NCBI RefSeq assembly: GCF_003918875.1
Contig: NW_025767145.1
Coordinates: 372,001-436,000 of the forward strand
Length of the DNA stretch: 64,000 nucleotides
Source of the DNA: Haliotis rubra
Lineage: Eukaryota
Direction: 5' to 3'
How positions within the stretch are numbered: the first letter of the stretch is position 1; every line of letters begins with the position of its first letter. Below are positions 23,809-37,100 of this stretch, one piece after another. A program made the translations under genes and the position numbers. Below the pieces are notes generated by a model, which searched no databases, was not told the DNA's origin, and saw nothing but the letters and a program-made list of their open reading frames with translations.

Positions 23809-25498
23809 AACCCTGCATAAATAATGATGCCCAATGCCCAAATGTCTCTTCTTTTGTGCAATATGTTTAGGTGGTATTTCTAGGTGAAATGTTGATTTGC
23901 CTGTGCGTGTGTTACTGACAGGTGCCACAGCTGCGGCAGATATGCTCATTGTCTCATAAATGACTGGCATCATCACTATTTGATAATGATTCATAATCAT
24001 ATAATAATGTTATAATCGGAATCATTGTATAGAACGGTCTCTTTTTCCAGCAAAGATTTATTGTGATGGAAAGGGTTCTGTCGCTTTTATTTGATAACCA
24101 TAATACCCTGTCAAGCCGCTGTATTCGGGACATCAACGGTAGGCGTGGCTGAATTCAGCCCCCTCTCTCCTTCTCCCCCGAAAATAATTTACCTGTGGAG
24201 AATTTCCCCATCACCTTTGGACTTCATGATTTATTTACGTATTTTAGCACTGACTTAAAGGCAATACACTTCAAATTCATACCTAAAACAATACGCCTCT
24301 TAACCTTTTACTTAGTACGCCTCGTTAACATTCGATCTATTATGTTACAAGCCTCGTAGATGCCTTTATGTTGCTTTGTATTAATTTAAAGAACTTAGTA
24401 TGCCTGAATTCGCTCTGACAATAATGAAAAGACTGCTGTCACAAGGACAATAAAATTTGATACCATAAATAAATTCATTGGATTTGTCTTCAAGGACAGA
24501 ATCAGGTCTGTTTTGAATTTCATTATTATTACAAGCCTCGTAGAGTCCTTGTGAATCACGTAACCAAAAGCTGGATTTTACACAACTGAAACTATCCAAA
24601 TACAATAGGAAATACATCCCATTACCGCATCTAGGCACGTTTCTCGAAATTCACCTACTATGTGCTTTCATTTCAAATGAACCTGTACCATTGAAAGATT
24701 CGCTCAACCTATATTGCCGAGTGCACAAGCACCTTCATCATGTTGACTGCGACATATTAATTAATATTTCAGACCTCATTGAATGTTTCCGATACATTCG
24801 TTTTAATTGCAATAAGTGATGAACTTTCTAAATACTTTCAAAGTTTACAAGGATTTGAAATATGATTATTTTTCTTATGCGAGAAAACATTTGTAAATTG
24901 TAAGTCTTCTTATGTGCCATAATCAGCTGGAATAATTCTTGGCACATACACTTTTGAATAAGATCCTGAATCGTACACAGCTGAGTCTGACGATGAATCT
25001 GAAAAGACAAATGCATTCTTGTAATATTTTGACCCAGAAGAATAGATTGAAACACTCTTTCTCACAGTGAATACCCCAGGATGCCACAATTTATGTGAGG
25101 GTTTCTGATTTGCAAATGTCAGAAAGTTGTTATTCTGTAGAAACTGGAAAAGAAGGAAAGCGATTGTTTTAGCATTCAGTTGAATATGAGGACTCATGTT
25201 CACACATAAAGAAATTATAAATATCCCTTAACCTTTAAACATCATGTATAATATTGTATCCACGACTTACTAAAGTCCGCAGATTGTGAATGAGTATGTA
25301 TTTCCTATGTCAATACAAAGTAGGACTTATTACATTTAATATATACATAAAGTGATAAGCCTGAATGCACTTGGTTAACTATTAAATACACTGAGGGAGG
25401 AGGATGTCAGCACTAGGGTTGTTTGTATGTTGATGGAAATATGTTAATCTTATTTGTTCAACTGTGTAGTCATTAGTCAACTTCTTTATTGCAATGAG

Positions 25499-25538
25499 TG
25501 CGACGTTTCGGTGTAGGCACTAACACCGTTATCAAGCA
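25499..25538 (-). ncRNA. Minimal hammerhead-ribozyme-like motif in Penelope terminal repeat
   Basis: TGC-TTGATAA-CGGTGT(loop)ACACC-GAAAC-GTC-GCA: U3-A8 core variant, helix II, GAAA, GUC triplet, 3-bp helix I. Confidence 0.6.
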
Positions 25539-26632
25539 AGTGATGCAAAGAGTTGTAACATGGAGAATATATACATAGCTGCATAGTGTGTATATACAAT
25601 TGACAAGGTTGATATACATTGGATTGTTAATTAGTGATTTGAGCAGAGTAGGTTGATGTACAGAGTGATAGTGATTCAGACAAATGCAGATATAGTTTAT
25701 ACAATAGATGAGTTGATGTACACTGAGATGGTAATGGTGAGTTAAAGAGAGTAGGTTGATGTACACATTGATTGGTTGTGATTACAATACACAAAAGGGG
25801 GGCATAGAAGCCACTTGACGAGGTATGGGTGGATTACTGGTGATCTTTAATTATGTGGTGATAGGCTGAGGAGATAAAATAACCTTGATCCCGGTTCATG
25901 CTGGGGTTGAAACGTTGGATTTTTATGGCTTCAAGGAGTTTCCTAATCCTGTAGTCTGATCGGTTGGTTTCCAGGATGTGGATGTTGTTCCCAAGGATGG
26001 CATAGTCAAAGTTGGCTTGGGTGTGGTCGGCTATGGCGGATTTGGAGTCTTTTTTCCCTGACTGAAGTTTTGTGTTCTTTAATTCGTAGTGGGGGAGGGC
26101 GGGACGTTGTACCTATATAAGAGTCTCCATATTAGCAATTGATCTGGTAGACTACTCCTGTGGGGTCTTCTTTAGGTGTTGATGGGGGTTTGCCTGTGGC
26201 TTGGAGGAGGTTTTGGATGGACTTGCCTTTCTGGAACAGAACGTCTATACCTGCTTGCTGCTGAAGTAGTCGTCTTATCTGGTGGCTGACTGCTGGGACA
26301 GACGGGATACTTATTACGAAGGGAGCTGATTGCCGACGGGTTGATTTATCTCTTGGGTTGAGGGTGGATGTGATGAGGTTGTTGACTAACTTCTGGGGGT
26401 ACTGGTTATAATGGATGAAGACATGGCGGAGGTGGTTTAGTTCGATTTCTAGGGCTTCTGTTGTCGAGCAGATGTTCTTGGCTCTTCGGTTAAGGGTGGA
26501 AATTATGCATTTCTTAACCTGCAGGTGAAGTGGAGATATTGGTCAGTATGAGTGTATATCAAACTAGTCAATTGTATATACACACTATGCAGCTATGTAT
26601 ATATTTTCCATGTTACAACTCTTTGTACCACT

Positions 26633-26672
26633 TGCTTGATAACGGTGTTAATACCTACACCGAAACGTAGCA
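26633..26672 (+). ncRNA. Second (inverted) minimal hammerhead-like motif
   Basis: TGC-TTGATAA-CGGTGTTAATACCTACACC-GAAAC-GTA-GCA. Confidence 0.55.
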
Positions 26673-26678
26673 CTCATT

Positions 26679-28239
26679 AGTGTAAACATATTTTATTCAA
26701 AATACATTGAACTAGGATTGGTAACCAAGCCGTAATGGCTTATTTGAATACCTGTCCATTTCATTGATAACAGATTGTAGTATGAAAGAATTTACAGGTA
26801 CATTTTTGCTTGGATTACCATTTAGGACAGAATTTAAATTATATCCATGTTCATAAAAATACATGCGATGTCTGATGTTAGAATAATTAGGACAAGGAAA
26901 GAAGTAATATAAAGTATCTTCATAGGGGTGACCACAGGAACAGAATGGATCAACTGAAATGTGCCGTTCAAACACGTGCGCTTTCAAATTGCTGCACCCA
27001 AGTCTGAGGCGTGAGCGGATAATTTGGCAAAAACGTGTACCAAAGTTTTTATCAAATATATTAAAATTGGGTGGTTTTGATGATATTTTTGAATTGGCCT
27101 ATGGTTTCAATATCGTACATATTCTCAGGCAAATCATTCCATTGTCGTATTGTATCAGGTAACGAGTTGCTATACAAATCACTACGACATCTTATAGTTT
27201 GAATGTTATTACTGTTTCTTAATCTATGGTCACTAAACTGTGATACTTTTTCGGGCAGTAGATCAATTAAATAAACTGGTGTCATATGATGAACCATTTT
27301 GTAAAATAATGATAACTTGCTAATTTGTCTACGGTCAACTAGGGGCATAGAGTTAGTTTCCTTATATATTAAAACATGACTTGTTCCTCTAACTGCCCCG
27401 CAAATCGTCCGCAGTGCGTCTAAATGTAGATTTTCGACAAGTTTTTCTTGTTCTTTAGTACAGTTATCCTAAAGGTGCGAACAGTAATCGAACGTTGGTA
27501 ATATATATGACTTGTACATTTGCTCTCATGATTTCTGGATAATCTATATTTAAACTACGTAGACAATTTACCAATGGACGAACCTTTTTTAACTAATTCC
27601 CCAATGTGGGAGTTCGATTTGCAGTCTGATTGCAAGGTTACTCCTAGGTGTTTATGGTAGCCGACTTCAGTAATGTCTACTCCGTGCATTTAAGTAGAAC
27701 AGCTTCAGTCTTACCAGGATTAAAGCTAACCTGCCATATTTCAGCCCAGTGAGAGATCCAGTTTAGGTCATTATTTAAGGAAGCGGCAGTAACAACATGA
27801 TTATCAACAATAACATATACCGAAGTATCATCGGCAAAAAGACGAATGTTACTACTGATACCCTCAATGATATCATTTATGTAAACTAAAAACAGTAATG
27901 GCCCAAGGACAGATCATTGTGGCACCCCAGCAGTGACTTTCTTTAGATCTGAATTGGAATTGTCTATAACTACTCTCTGGAATCTATTGTCAAGATAACT
28001 GGAAAACCAATCAAGTAACTTACCCTTAATACCATAAGCTTCTTATTTCGCTATGATTCCCTTATGCCAAACCTTGTCAAAAGCCTTGCTTATGTCACAG
28101 AAAACTGCCCTGACTTCTTTGCCATTGTCTAATGCATGTAGTATAAAATCATACAAGTATGTCAGTTGGTATACAGTTCCATCTCCAGGCATGAATCCTG
28201 ACTGCAAATTCGTTAATACGTTATTATCTAAAAAAAACA
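26679..28239 (-). mobile_element. 5'-truncated CR1/L2-type LINE (reverse transcriptase remnant) with 10-bp TSD
   Basis: LQSGFMPGDGTVYQL...FCDISKAFDKVWHKG, LGPLLFLVYINDI, IRLFADDT with stops. AGCACTCATT is duplicated at 26669-26678 and 28240-28249; AATAAA near the 3' end. Confidence 0.9.
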
Positions 28240-28919
28240 AGCACTCATTGCAATAAAGAAGTTGACTATCCATAGAAATTGCTTTTCCTCCATCTATACA
28301 ACTTCTAAAATGCCTCTCAAAGAACTTGTGTAGTCATTAGATTATATAAAATGGTTCAAAGTATAACTGTCTTGCACATAGTTTTACAATCTTTTACACT
28401 GTTATCCCAATTGTGATATGGGCCTGTTAAGATCCGAGTTAGAATTGATCTTCAGTAACCCATGCTTATGGTAAAAGGCGACCAACGGGATCGGGTGGTC
28501 AGGCTCGCTGACTTGGTTGACATATGTCATCGTATTCCAGTTGCATAATCTGGTGTCCCCCGCCGTGACATTGCTGGAATATTGCTAAAAGCACTCAGTC
28601 ACTCAACCCAATTGCGTAAATTGATACCCATGGTGTTGATCACTGAATTGTCAGGTCCACACTCGATTATTTACAGACCGCCGGCATATAGCTGGAATAT
28701 GGCTGAGAGTGAACTCACTCACTCATTCACTCAGTTGTTTAATTTAAAAACGACGACAATTGAATTAAGTGCTTTGATGAAGTCAAGATTCACAAATACT
28801 GACCGTGCATCGGAAACTTCAGCGGTCTGTGGTAAGATGAATCCCTATGTCATATGTTACTACTCACGAAATTACGTCACTAGCGCATTGCTGCACATTA
28901 ACAAGCCAATCTCTGAAAC

Positions 28920-31504
28920 ATAGATCGTCCTGAAACTTTTTAATGGCAACAGATTTTTCCAATTCCATGGATTCATTATGTCGTATCACAGCCTAAGACA
29001 GCATGTATCAACAAGTTCTGACAAGCGTCTTCTCCAAGCTTCTTCTTGGTTTCACTGATATTCCAAACTGGAATTCTTTTCAAAGAACTTTTCTTAGGGG
29101 TTGACAGCACGAAGATACCATGCAATTCCAGATTTGTGTGATGGCACAGGGAGGACCGGCAGATCCGTGTCCTCCCCTTTGACAACTGTTGATGGCATGC
29201 CAACTGCTGTTTGATTTATCACAACATCAGCATCACCAGTGGCCTGAACCGTGTCACATCCTTCAGCTTGGTGATAGGAACACGTCATGACGAACTGTTC
29301 TTTGTTCTGAACAGTGGCGAGCATGACTCTTTCTTTGATTGAAAGATCAGACTGTCAACAAATTTAACTGTTGGTCTGACAAGTCCATCTCAGGTGTGTT
29401 GTATACTTTGTCCAAGAACTTGAGTATCCATCGAACACAACAGTAGCTCTGTCATTGTGTATTTTCACATATGTGCAGTACATGATGCACAACTCAGTAT
29501 AAGATTCTCCACGTAGCCAAGGTAGAGGATGAAGCAAAGCCCTTCCACCGAGAACAAAAACAGCATCAGAAGCTGGACCAGGGGAAAAACCACCATCCAA
29601 TGTTGATATGAATGAAGCCAGGGCAGGTTTGTTTGCTTCCTAGCGGCAATCAGAAACCGTTGAAACACTAAAACTGGACCAATGTTGCAGATTTCTGATT
29701 ATTATTTCTCATTCATTTGTACAACTTGATCTTCTTTCTTGACAACTTGATCTTCCTTTTTGAGACACGTGAAGGTTTGAGTGCGGACTAAAACTAAACT
29801 CACTCACTCCTTTTTGAATTTGAAATCGCCAGTGGTAGTGTTTGTCATAGAGTCTAAAATTGAGCTACCAACAAAACATGCATCATCTGCATTCACAGTT
29901 GCACTCTGTTTGCAATGTTTCTGAGGCCAGGATCTTGTTTGAATGGGTCTCTGTCTTGAAGGAAATGGAGTAATTTCATGCCCACATTCTTGTCTCTCTC
30001 CTGTCTTGCATTGGACATGTCCTTGTGTAGTTCAGAGTTTCTGTTTCCACTACTTGTAAGATCACTCATGGCATTGCTGACTTCCATGCATGATGGCATT
30101 GACATAAGCCTCTGCGTTTCAGACATGACTGTCCCCCTTGTAAGTCCTCCATTTGTCTTAATGCTCCGCATGAACCCCTGTTCAATCACAAGATCTGTTG
30201 AAAGTCCTCCCCAATAGGGATCGGAACGGCGTATAACATGATGACCTGAGTTGAAGAGTTTTAAGGTCTTGGGATGTGTCCCTTGCAGGAAGTCATCAAC
30301 TGAACGTACAACTGAACTGATTTGGTATACAAGTTATGACAATAGACTTTAGGTGCATCTTCCAATTTCCTAATGTTTCAGCTTTAATGAAATTCCGCAA
30401 GATATCTACATGTACCATGTTCATATACTGGATCCAAAGTTTTGCTGTCCTCATATTGCTTAGTGCATCTTTTTCTGGGTTTAACTGATGGTGAATGTTC
30501 TTTATGTGTTTGAAGAAGATACTTCACCAACAGTCTAGGATTCCCTTATCAGCTATCGTACAGCACTTCTGCCATGTTGAGATCCTCATCATCACTGTTT
30601 TGAAGGGGAGTGGCAAGGTCAGCTTCATCAGAAGGCTTACAAAACCTAGGAAGGTTCACGTTAAAAGCTCTTGATACCAACAGTGCACTGAGAGCTGTGG
30701 CTACAGGATAGTGAGCTCGAATTGTTCTGGCAACAGCTTTCCCTGTTAGTATGTAACTAATTGTGTTACTGGCATATATCACTATTAGAAGTTCAAATAG
30801 ACCCTATCCAGACATGATATTTCGAATCCATCCCAAAAGGCAGTGTTCTTCAAATCCCTTGATGAAGGCTCACTGGAAATTTTCATTCAAGCTTTCTGCC
30901 AGAGAGGCTGATCAAAAGTGACGATTGGTGTGACATTGTTTTCCATGGCTTCTGTGGTGACAAGTCACTTGGGCTCATGTCAATCATTGGCAGGACGACA
31001 AATGTTAGTCAATTAACATTTAAAGACCCTCAGCTGCATTTTTAAATGTTTGTTTTTATTTTTAAAGATATAAAAGTACAATGTTTTAAAATTAATAAAA
31101 CATTGTTTTTAGCAGATATTATTTTTACATAATCGTAGCATACACATACATGTAGATGTCTGAAATCGATCTGAACGTTTTTTTTAAAATAAAACAAATA
31201 TGATAAGGCTAATACCTATTAAACCATATATCTTTGAAAAGCCTGTAAACAGAGCTTTTATTTGATATATAACATGACACAATTGAGTAGATTACAAAAA
31301 AGTTTGCATTTCCATCTAAGATTTCGAAAGCGAAGATGACCCCTATGACCTTTAGGGTTGAATTTGACCTTGTTCCACCACTGAGATTTTCCTAGACTTT
31401 TTATATGTTATAAAGGAATGGTCCAGGGTCTTAAAACAGTTGATATCATTTCTGTTGCAATTTGTGGTGGGTTAGGTCAGAATCTTACCAGGATGACTGG
31501 ACTA
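28920..31504 (-). mobile_element. Decayed Academ-like DNA transposon (transposase + XPG/PIN-like nuclease remnants)
   Basis: Fragments IEQGFMRSIKTNGGLTRG, LLHPLPWLRGESY...VVFDGY, GDADVVI, GEDTDL, IHAVLGCDTT. A plausible terminus ...GACTGGACTA at 31504 (TAG start on the minus strand). Confidence 0.65.
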
Positions 31505-33469
31505 TATTTCAATCGGGGCCATCGAAGAACATTGACAATATATTATCAAATGAGGAAATATAAAAAACCAATGACCATATTTTCACCCCTGTCATATTTG
31601 TTTATAGCCATTAGAAAGCTCTTGTGTTTTACACCTGATTTAAAAATACAAATTTGGCGGCCAAACGAAACGTGCATTTCAAATGTTTGACTTATGGACC
31701 TTGTGGAGGCTTATTTCCTAGGGTCCATACATTTGGGAAATACGGTCCTTTCGTGTAGTGATGCCGTTTCGTGTTATGCCAGATATAAACACCGTTTGAA
31801 GGTCGACTCGTATGTAGAGTTACATAAGACGTATGCAAGAAAGGCGTGTGTGCTAGTTCCAGATGTCATCTGTGCCTATCCTACGAGCTCTGTCTTATCT
31901 CACGCATTAAAACACACTGAGAATGACATGAGTCCTGTAAATACTATCAACAGGCTTTGATATATCTATCTTTTTAAAAGTACATTTTTGGCAAATACCT
32001 TGGCCTCGAAGGCCAGATTTCATTATGAACAATCCTAACGAAGATATCACGACCAAGATCAAAGGTGGGAATATTTTCGTATGTCCTCTAGATAATGACT
32101 TTGTATAATTTATTTATAAATGTACAATGACCTTCACATGCATATGTTACTCTCCAGACGTAACAGTGATTAAATATGAATTAAAATTATGTGAATGGCG
32201 GGAGCAGGAGGCCAGGATTACCATTTCCCTCCAACACCCGGTGTCTTCATTTGTTTTCAGTATCCATGGTCTTTCATTGCCATGTTGCTTATTACCTTGT
32301 ATAGAATCTGTACTAAACAAACAATCGCAACACAATGTTACCTATAGGTGCCTTCTCATTTAGCGACTAGTAGTAACAACTTATAGCTTGCAACACAGAT
32401 GCAACGTGAGAACACCCAAATCGCAACGATTTGAAATCGCATACAACTAGTCGCAGCCGAGTTGTAAGACATAGGATTTGTACTAATTCCTACTACAAGT
32501 GGCAAGCTCTCCACCAATCAAATCGCTTATATATGTGTCCAGTTGCCGACCCACACCGATTTAGGCATTCTCTTCTTCCTTTGACTGAGATATGTAGACT
32601 GGCATTAACGTTAGGGTGTCTTCTTCACTCGACGAATCCATGACGCCGAGTCATACGTGTGAATCTCTCGAGATACGAGTTGTATACGACTTCATAAGTA
32701 CATAAATAACAGAGTCAATACGATTTTTGTTGTACACGTCGTACGCTACAAGTAGTTACAACAAGTCGCACCGTGAGAATGCGCCTTAAGCATGTATCTT
32801 GCAACTGAGTGAGTGAGTAAGTGAGTGAGTTTAGTCTTACGCCGCACTCAGCAATATTCCAGCTGTATGGCGGCGGTCTGTAAATAATCGAGTCTGGACC
32901 AGACAATCCAGTGATCAACAGCATGAGCATCGATCTGCGCAATTGGGAACCGATGACATGTGTCAACCAAGTCAGCGAGCCTGACCACCCGATCCCGTCA
33001 GTCGCATCTTACGACAAGCACAGTCAGTCGCCTTTTGTGGCAAGTATGGGTTGCTGAAGACCTATTCTACCCCGGATCTGCACGGGTCTCTTGCAACTGA
33101 GATGCATGGAAACACATTGATATATACGCTTCTCAAAAGATTGTCTATTTATAAATAAAATCGACAGAACCATTTCCACATCCATAAGAAATCTCTGCTA
33201 AAAACAGAATCGATTGTACAATTGTGACTATAGCATGAGTATGTGTTTATGAATCACTTCGCAAAAGAGTGAGTGTGTCCTCCCCTACCGATGGCATAAA
33301 CACAGCAAAAAGTTAGACGATCGTTCGTCGAAAAAAATAAGGTACGTAATGTGCAAGCTAAATTGCGTGTGACATGATTTTTGTCACTTGTCAAATTTTG
33401 AAATTACCTTCACATGTCTACCATAAAAACCTTTGAAAGTTTACTGAGGCCTTGAATGTTGTAACCTTG

Positions 33470-33708
33470 ATCGAACTTAGTAATGGGAAAGACTAGGGCA
33501 TCGAACTTAGTAATGGGAAAGACTAGGGCATCGAACGTAGTAATGGGAAAGACTAGGGCATCGAACTTAGTAATGGGAAAGACTAGGGCATCGAACTTAG
33601 TAATGGGAAGACTAGGGCATCGAACTTAGTAATGGGAAAGACTAGGGCATCGAACTTACTAAAGGGAAGACTAGGGCATCGAACTTACTAATGGGAAAGA
33701 CTAGGGCG
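33470..33708. repeat. 30-bp minisatellite (ATCGAACTTAGTAATGGGAAAGACTAGGGC), ~8 copies
   Basis: Read directly. Confidence 0.95.
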
Positions 33709-33759
33709 TTCTTTAACTTCTTTTGTGCAGTATATTTACATAGATGCGCATAGCGGCCG

Positions 33760-34125
33760 ACACCGTCTGAAGTACTGGATACCGTCGTTGTGCCACATCT
33801 TGGTAACCATCCCTTCGGCAGTCGTTAAATATTCATGGATGACAACCTCACCGTTTCGAGCCGCCATCGATCATTTCCAGAACAACACCATTGAAACATG
33901 ACCATGGCCTGCACGAAGCCCCTTTATGAACCTCATCGACCATCTTTGGGGCAATTTCGACATCCAGTTCGAGATGGTGATCCTCTAGTTCTAATCTACA
34001 GGAATTGACGCAGGGAGTCTACGAGGAATGGCAGAGGATTCCGATGCTGAGAATTCGACGCTTGAGTGGCCGTATGAGGATGAGACTGGTAGATGTTGTC
34101 CGTGCGAGGGGAGGCCTACCAGGTG
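33760..34125 (+). mobile_element. Tc1/mariner transposase remnant
   Basis: Degenerate FMDDN and WPARSPxxNxIxHLW motifs around 33830-33950. Confidence 0.7.
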
Positions 34126-37100
34126 ATGATGTGCTCACCAGTGGTGCTACATACAATCACAACAATCAGTATCTGAGAAGTGTGCCACAATCAGATTGAT
34201 GGCGTACTCATGGTGACCAAAATTACCGGAACTGGTGATGATCAAATTATTCTGTATTCACCACAGAATGCAAGTGCCGTGTTACCAAATTTCATATTTC
34301 CGGCACTGCTGGTATTCACGTTTTTGCGTTATCCTCACAGATTGCGAGATGGTCCGTGGTGTAGTGGTTAGAGCGTCCGCCCGGAGAGCGGAAGGTCGCG
34401 GGTTCGATCCCCGACCGCGTCATACCAAAAGACGTTAGAATATGGTACTTGTTGGTCCCTGCCTGGCGCTCGGCATTAATGGGTTCAACAAGGACTGGTC
34501 GGCTCGGAGTCAATATAATGTGTCTCAGTGTGGCATTGTATCTCAGTGGGCTAGCACTATAAAACCAGCTTCAGTCTGGGCTAGTACATACCACATACAC
34601 ACGTATGCACGTTGTCATAAATGTACCAATTTTCAGTTTTCTTTTGCTTCAATCTGAGTGAAATTTGTTAAATATTTTCAATACGAAAATTTGGTTTTCA
34701 CAACATGACGTTACTTATCATGCCTAAGGAGTTATCAACCAAATGGCCAATTCTCACCACTTTTCCCCAATTGAACAGAAATATAGATCAATGAGACCAC
34801 ATGATCTGTTTCATATTTAGATCTCCGCATAAAGATTCAGAGTTTCTTTTTGGCTTTTCCAATCAGTATTCCCTTGAGTGAGCAGTGTTCCGGCAATCCG
34901 GTTTTGACGTTCTTTCACCATTTTGAATACGTCGAATGCTTTGGGTAGCCTTTGGTTAAAGCATTGGCTCGTCACGCCGAAGACAATCCCCATGTACTGA
35001 TTGAAGCCCATTTCTGGTGTCCCCGCCGTGATGTTGCTGGAATATGATATTGCCAAACGCAGGTTAATTACGAATATTGCAACAAAGGTAATTTTTATTA
35101 TATTTGGTTATCGTTCAACCAAAAAGAGCTGGGCCAATTCTCTACCACCGTCATTGCCGTGTTTTTGTTTGGTTTTAGGGATTTTGTAGATTTATTCATA
35201 CGATATAGTATAGAATATGAATTTGGATGTGAAAAGGGTTCTGTTTGTTATATATTAACCCTTGCCATTCCTGGATGTAAATACGCACCGTCATCGGAGA
35301 GATTCATAATATTGACAAGATGACGTCAACTCGAGCAGACCAGCTCAGATGTGGGCTAACTGAACGAAATAACGCATGGCGTTTTATCACGTTTTATCAT
35401 GACCGCATATTTCTGTACCAGAAAATCCAGAAAATTCTTTATGTTGTCCATCTACCTTGATCCCAGAACACCTTGTCCACATATTTCATGGGGGTAGAGG
35501 GGTGTATTTCGTTTTTATTCTTTTGTTGTTTTTTTTCAGGGAGATGAAAAAACATAAAATACGGTTGGTCAAATGGTTTGAGGCAGTTTGTGTAAGGATA
35601 TTTTATTACCGTTTCAGTAACTTGTCAGCTACGAGACGTAGCGTTTATAGGCGAGGTGAAATGGGGTTTAAGGTCGTACTTAAGAATACTTCGCTCATAT
35701 GATGACGTGCATGCGTGTGTATGTGTGGCTGGTTGTACTAGCCCAGACTTAAGCTGGTTTTATAGTGCTAGTTCACTGAGATACCACGCCGCAGTTAAGC
35801 ATGAATACCCCACTCAGACACATTATACGGACTCCGAGCCGACCAGTCGTTGTTGTACAGATTAATGCCGAGCGCCAGGCAGGGACCAACAAGTACCATA
35901 TTTAACGTGTTTTGGTATGACGCGGCCGGGGATCAAACCCGCGACTTTCCGCGACTGACTTCTTATTGTAGGTGGCATTTCACTAGCTTTACATGACTAC
36001 TTTAACCAACACCCAATACTGCTCTTGAAAGTCTAGAATATATGACAAAACCTTTATTACCACAGTTTCCGACTGAAGTGAAGAAAAGTCTCTCGGTGCC
36101 GTTCTAATTATATTATAAATCTAGTTTGGGAACCAATTTTTCTGTAACATATGTTCATTTCAGAGACGAGATGTTAGTCAACATGAATACCATTGCCAGT
36201 CAGTGCAACAGATACATGGTAAATCATGGCACCATTTGTCTTAAACATGAGGGTAACATCAGTGACGTCTTTAAGTCCAATATAATTGGACAGTTCGGTC
36301 TGAGGAGATCTAATGTCAGTAGCAACTGAAATGTTTTTACAGGTTTCATGTATTTCCAATGAACAACAATTTAACAAAAAGTATTTAAATATATACCTGT
36401 GTGATTTACTACTACGTTTTACATTAATTGGATTCTTCTCATTTCTATCAACAAAACACTCTCTTCTCATTTCTATCAACAAAACACTGTACATCATAAT
36501 TAATGAAGATCTACCATCATCTATTTGTACATATATGTAGATATTTTATTTTAAAAATGCTCTTTTACTGGAGGGTGTGGTTTTGAAATAAATCAGGAAA
36601 GGGCGATTCACGAACAATATATAGAGATTACAGGGTCCTTTCAAGGCTGAAACGAATTTAAGGCCTTTTTAGGGTAAATTGTCCAAATGTCAGGCCATTT
36701 CCAGCCTGCGCAAACCCTGGACATCGTTCTTGAGACATATGAGCAAAAATAAAAATTCACAATCACATATTTACAAATATTCCTCATTTTATTTGTCAAT
36801 GGTCAACATGATATACTGGCTATTTGTCAACAGTGACCACTAAGATTTTCACAGGGCAGACATAACTCTTTTAATCTCGCTGAGCAATTGTAGAATAAAC
36901 ACTGTCAATACGCTAAATCTATCAAACTAATTATTTTAAAGTCTTCCAAATTAGATAGAAAAATGCTACATTAGTAAAAATCCTATCAAAGCATATCTGA
37001 GTATTCATTCACCTTTTGTTTCCTGGTTTGTTTTGAACCAACAAACTCAATAATTTACTAAATAAACGATTCACATACTTTCAAGGCAAAACAATATTCC

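Larger units (their letters stand above)
25474..28268 (-). mobile_element. Penelope-like retroelement fragment (RT C-terminal/GIY-YIG region) with inverted terminal repeats, interrupted by a LINE
   Basis: Minus-strand remnants KCIISTLNRRAKNICST...ELNHLR and KSAIADH...RKLLEAIKI...PSMNRDQG. 25474-25620 is the inverted copy of 26555-26678 plus 28240-28268. Confidence 0.8.

Noticed and set aside
24381-25203. Several minus-strand ORFs that look like a decayed coding region
   Set aside because: I could not recognise any family or splice pattern; a translated search (BLASTX/HMMER) is needed.
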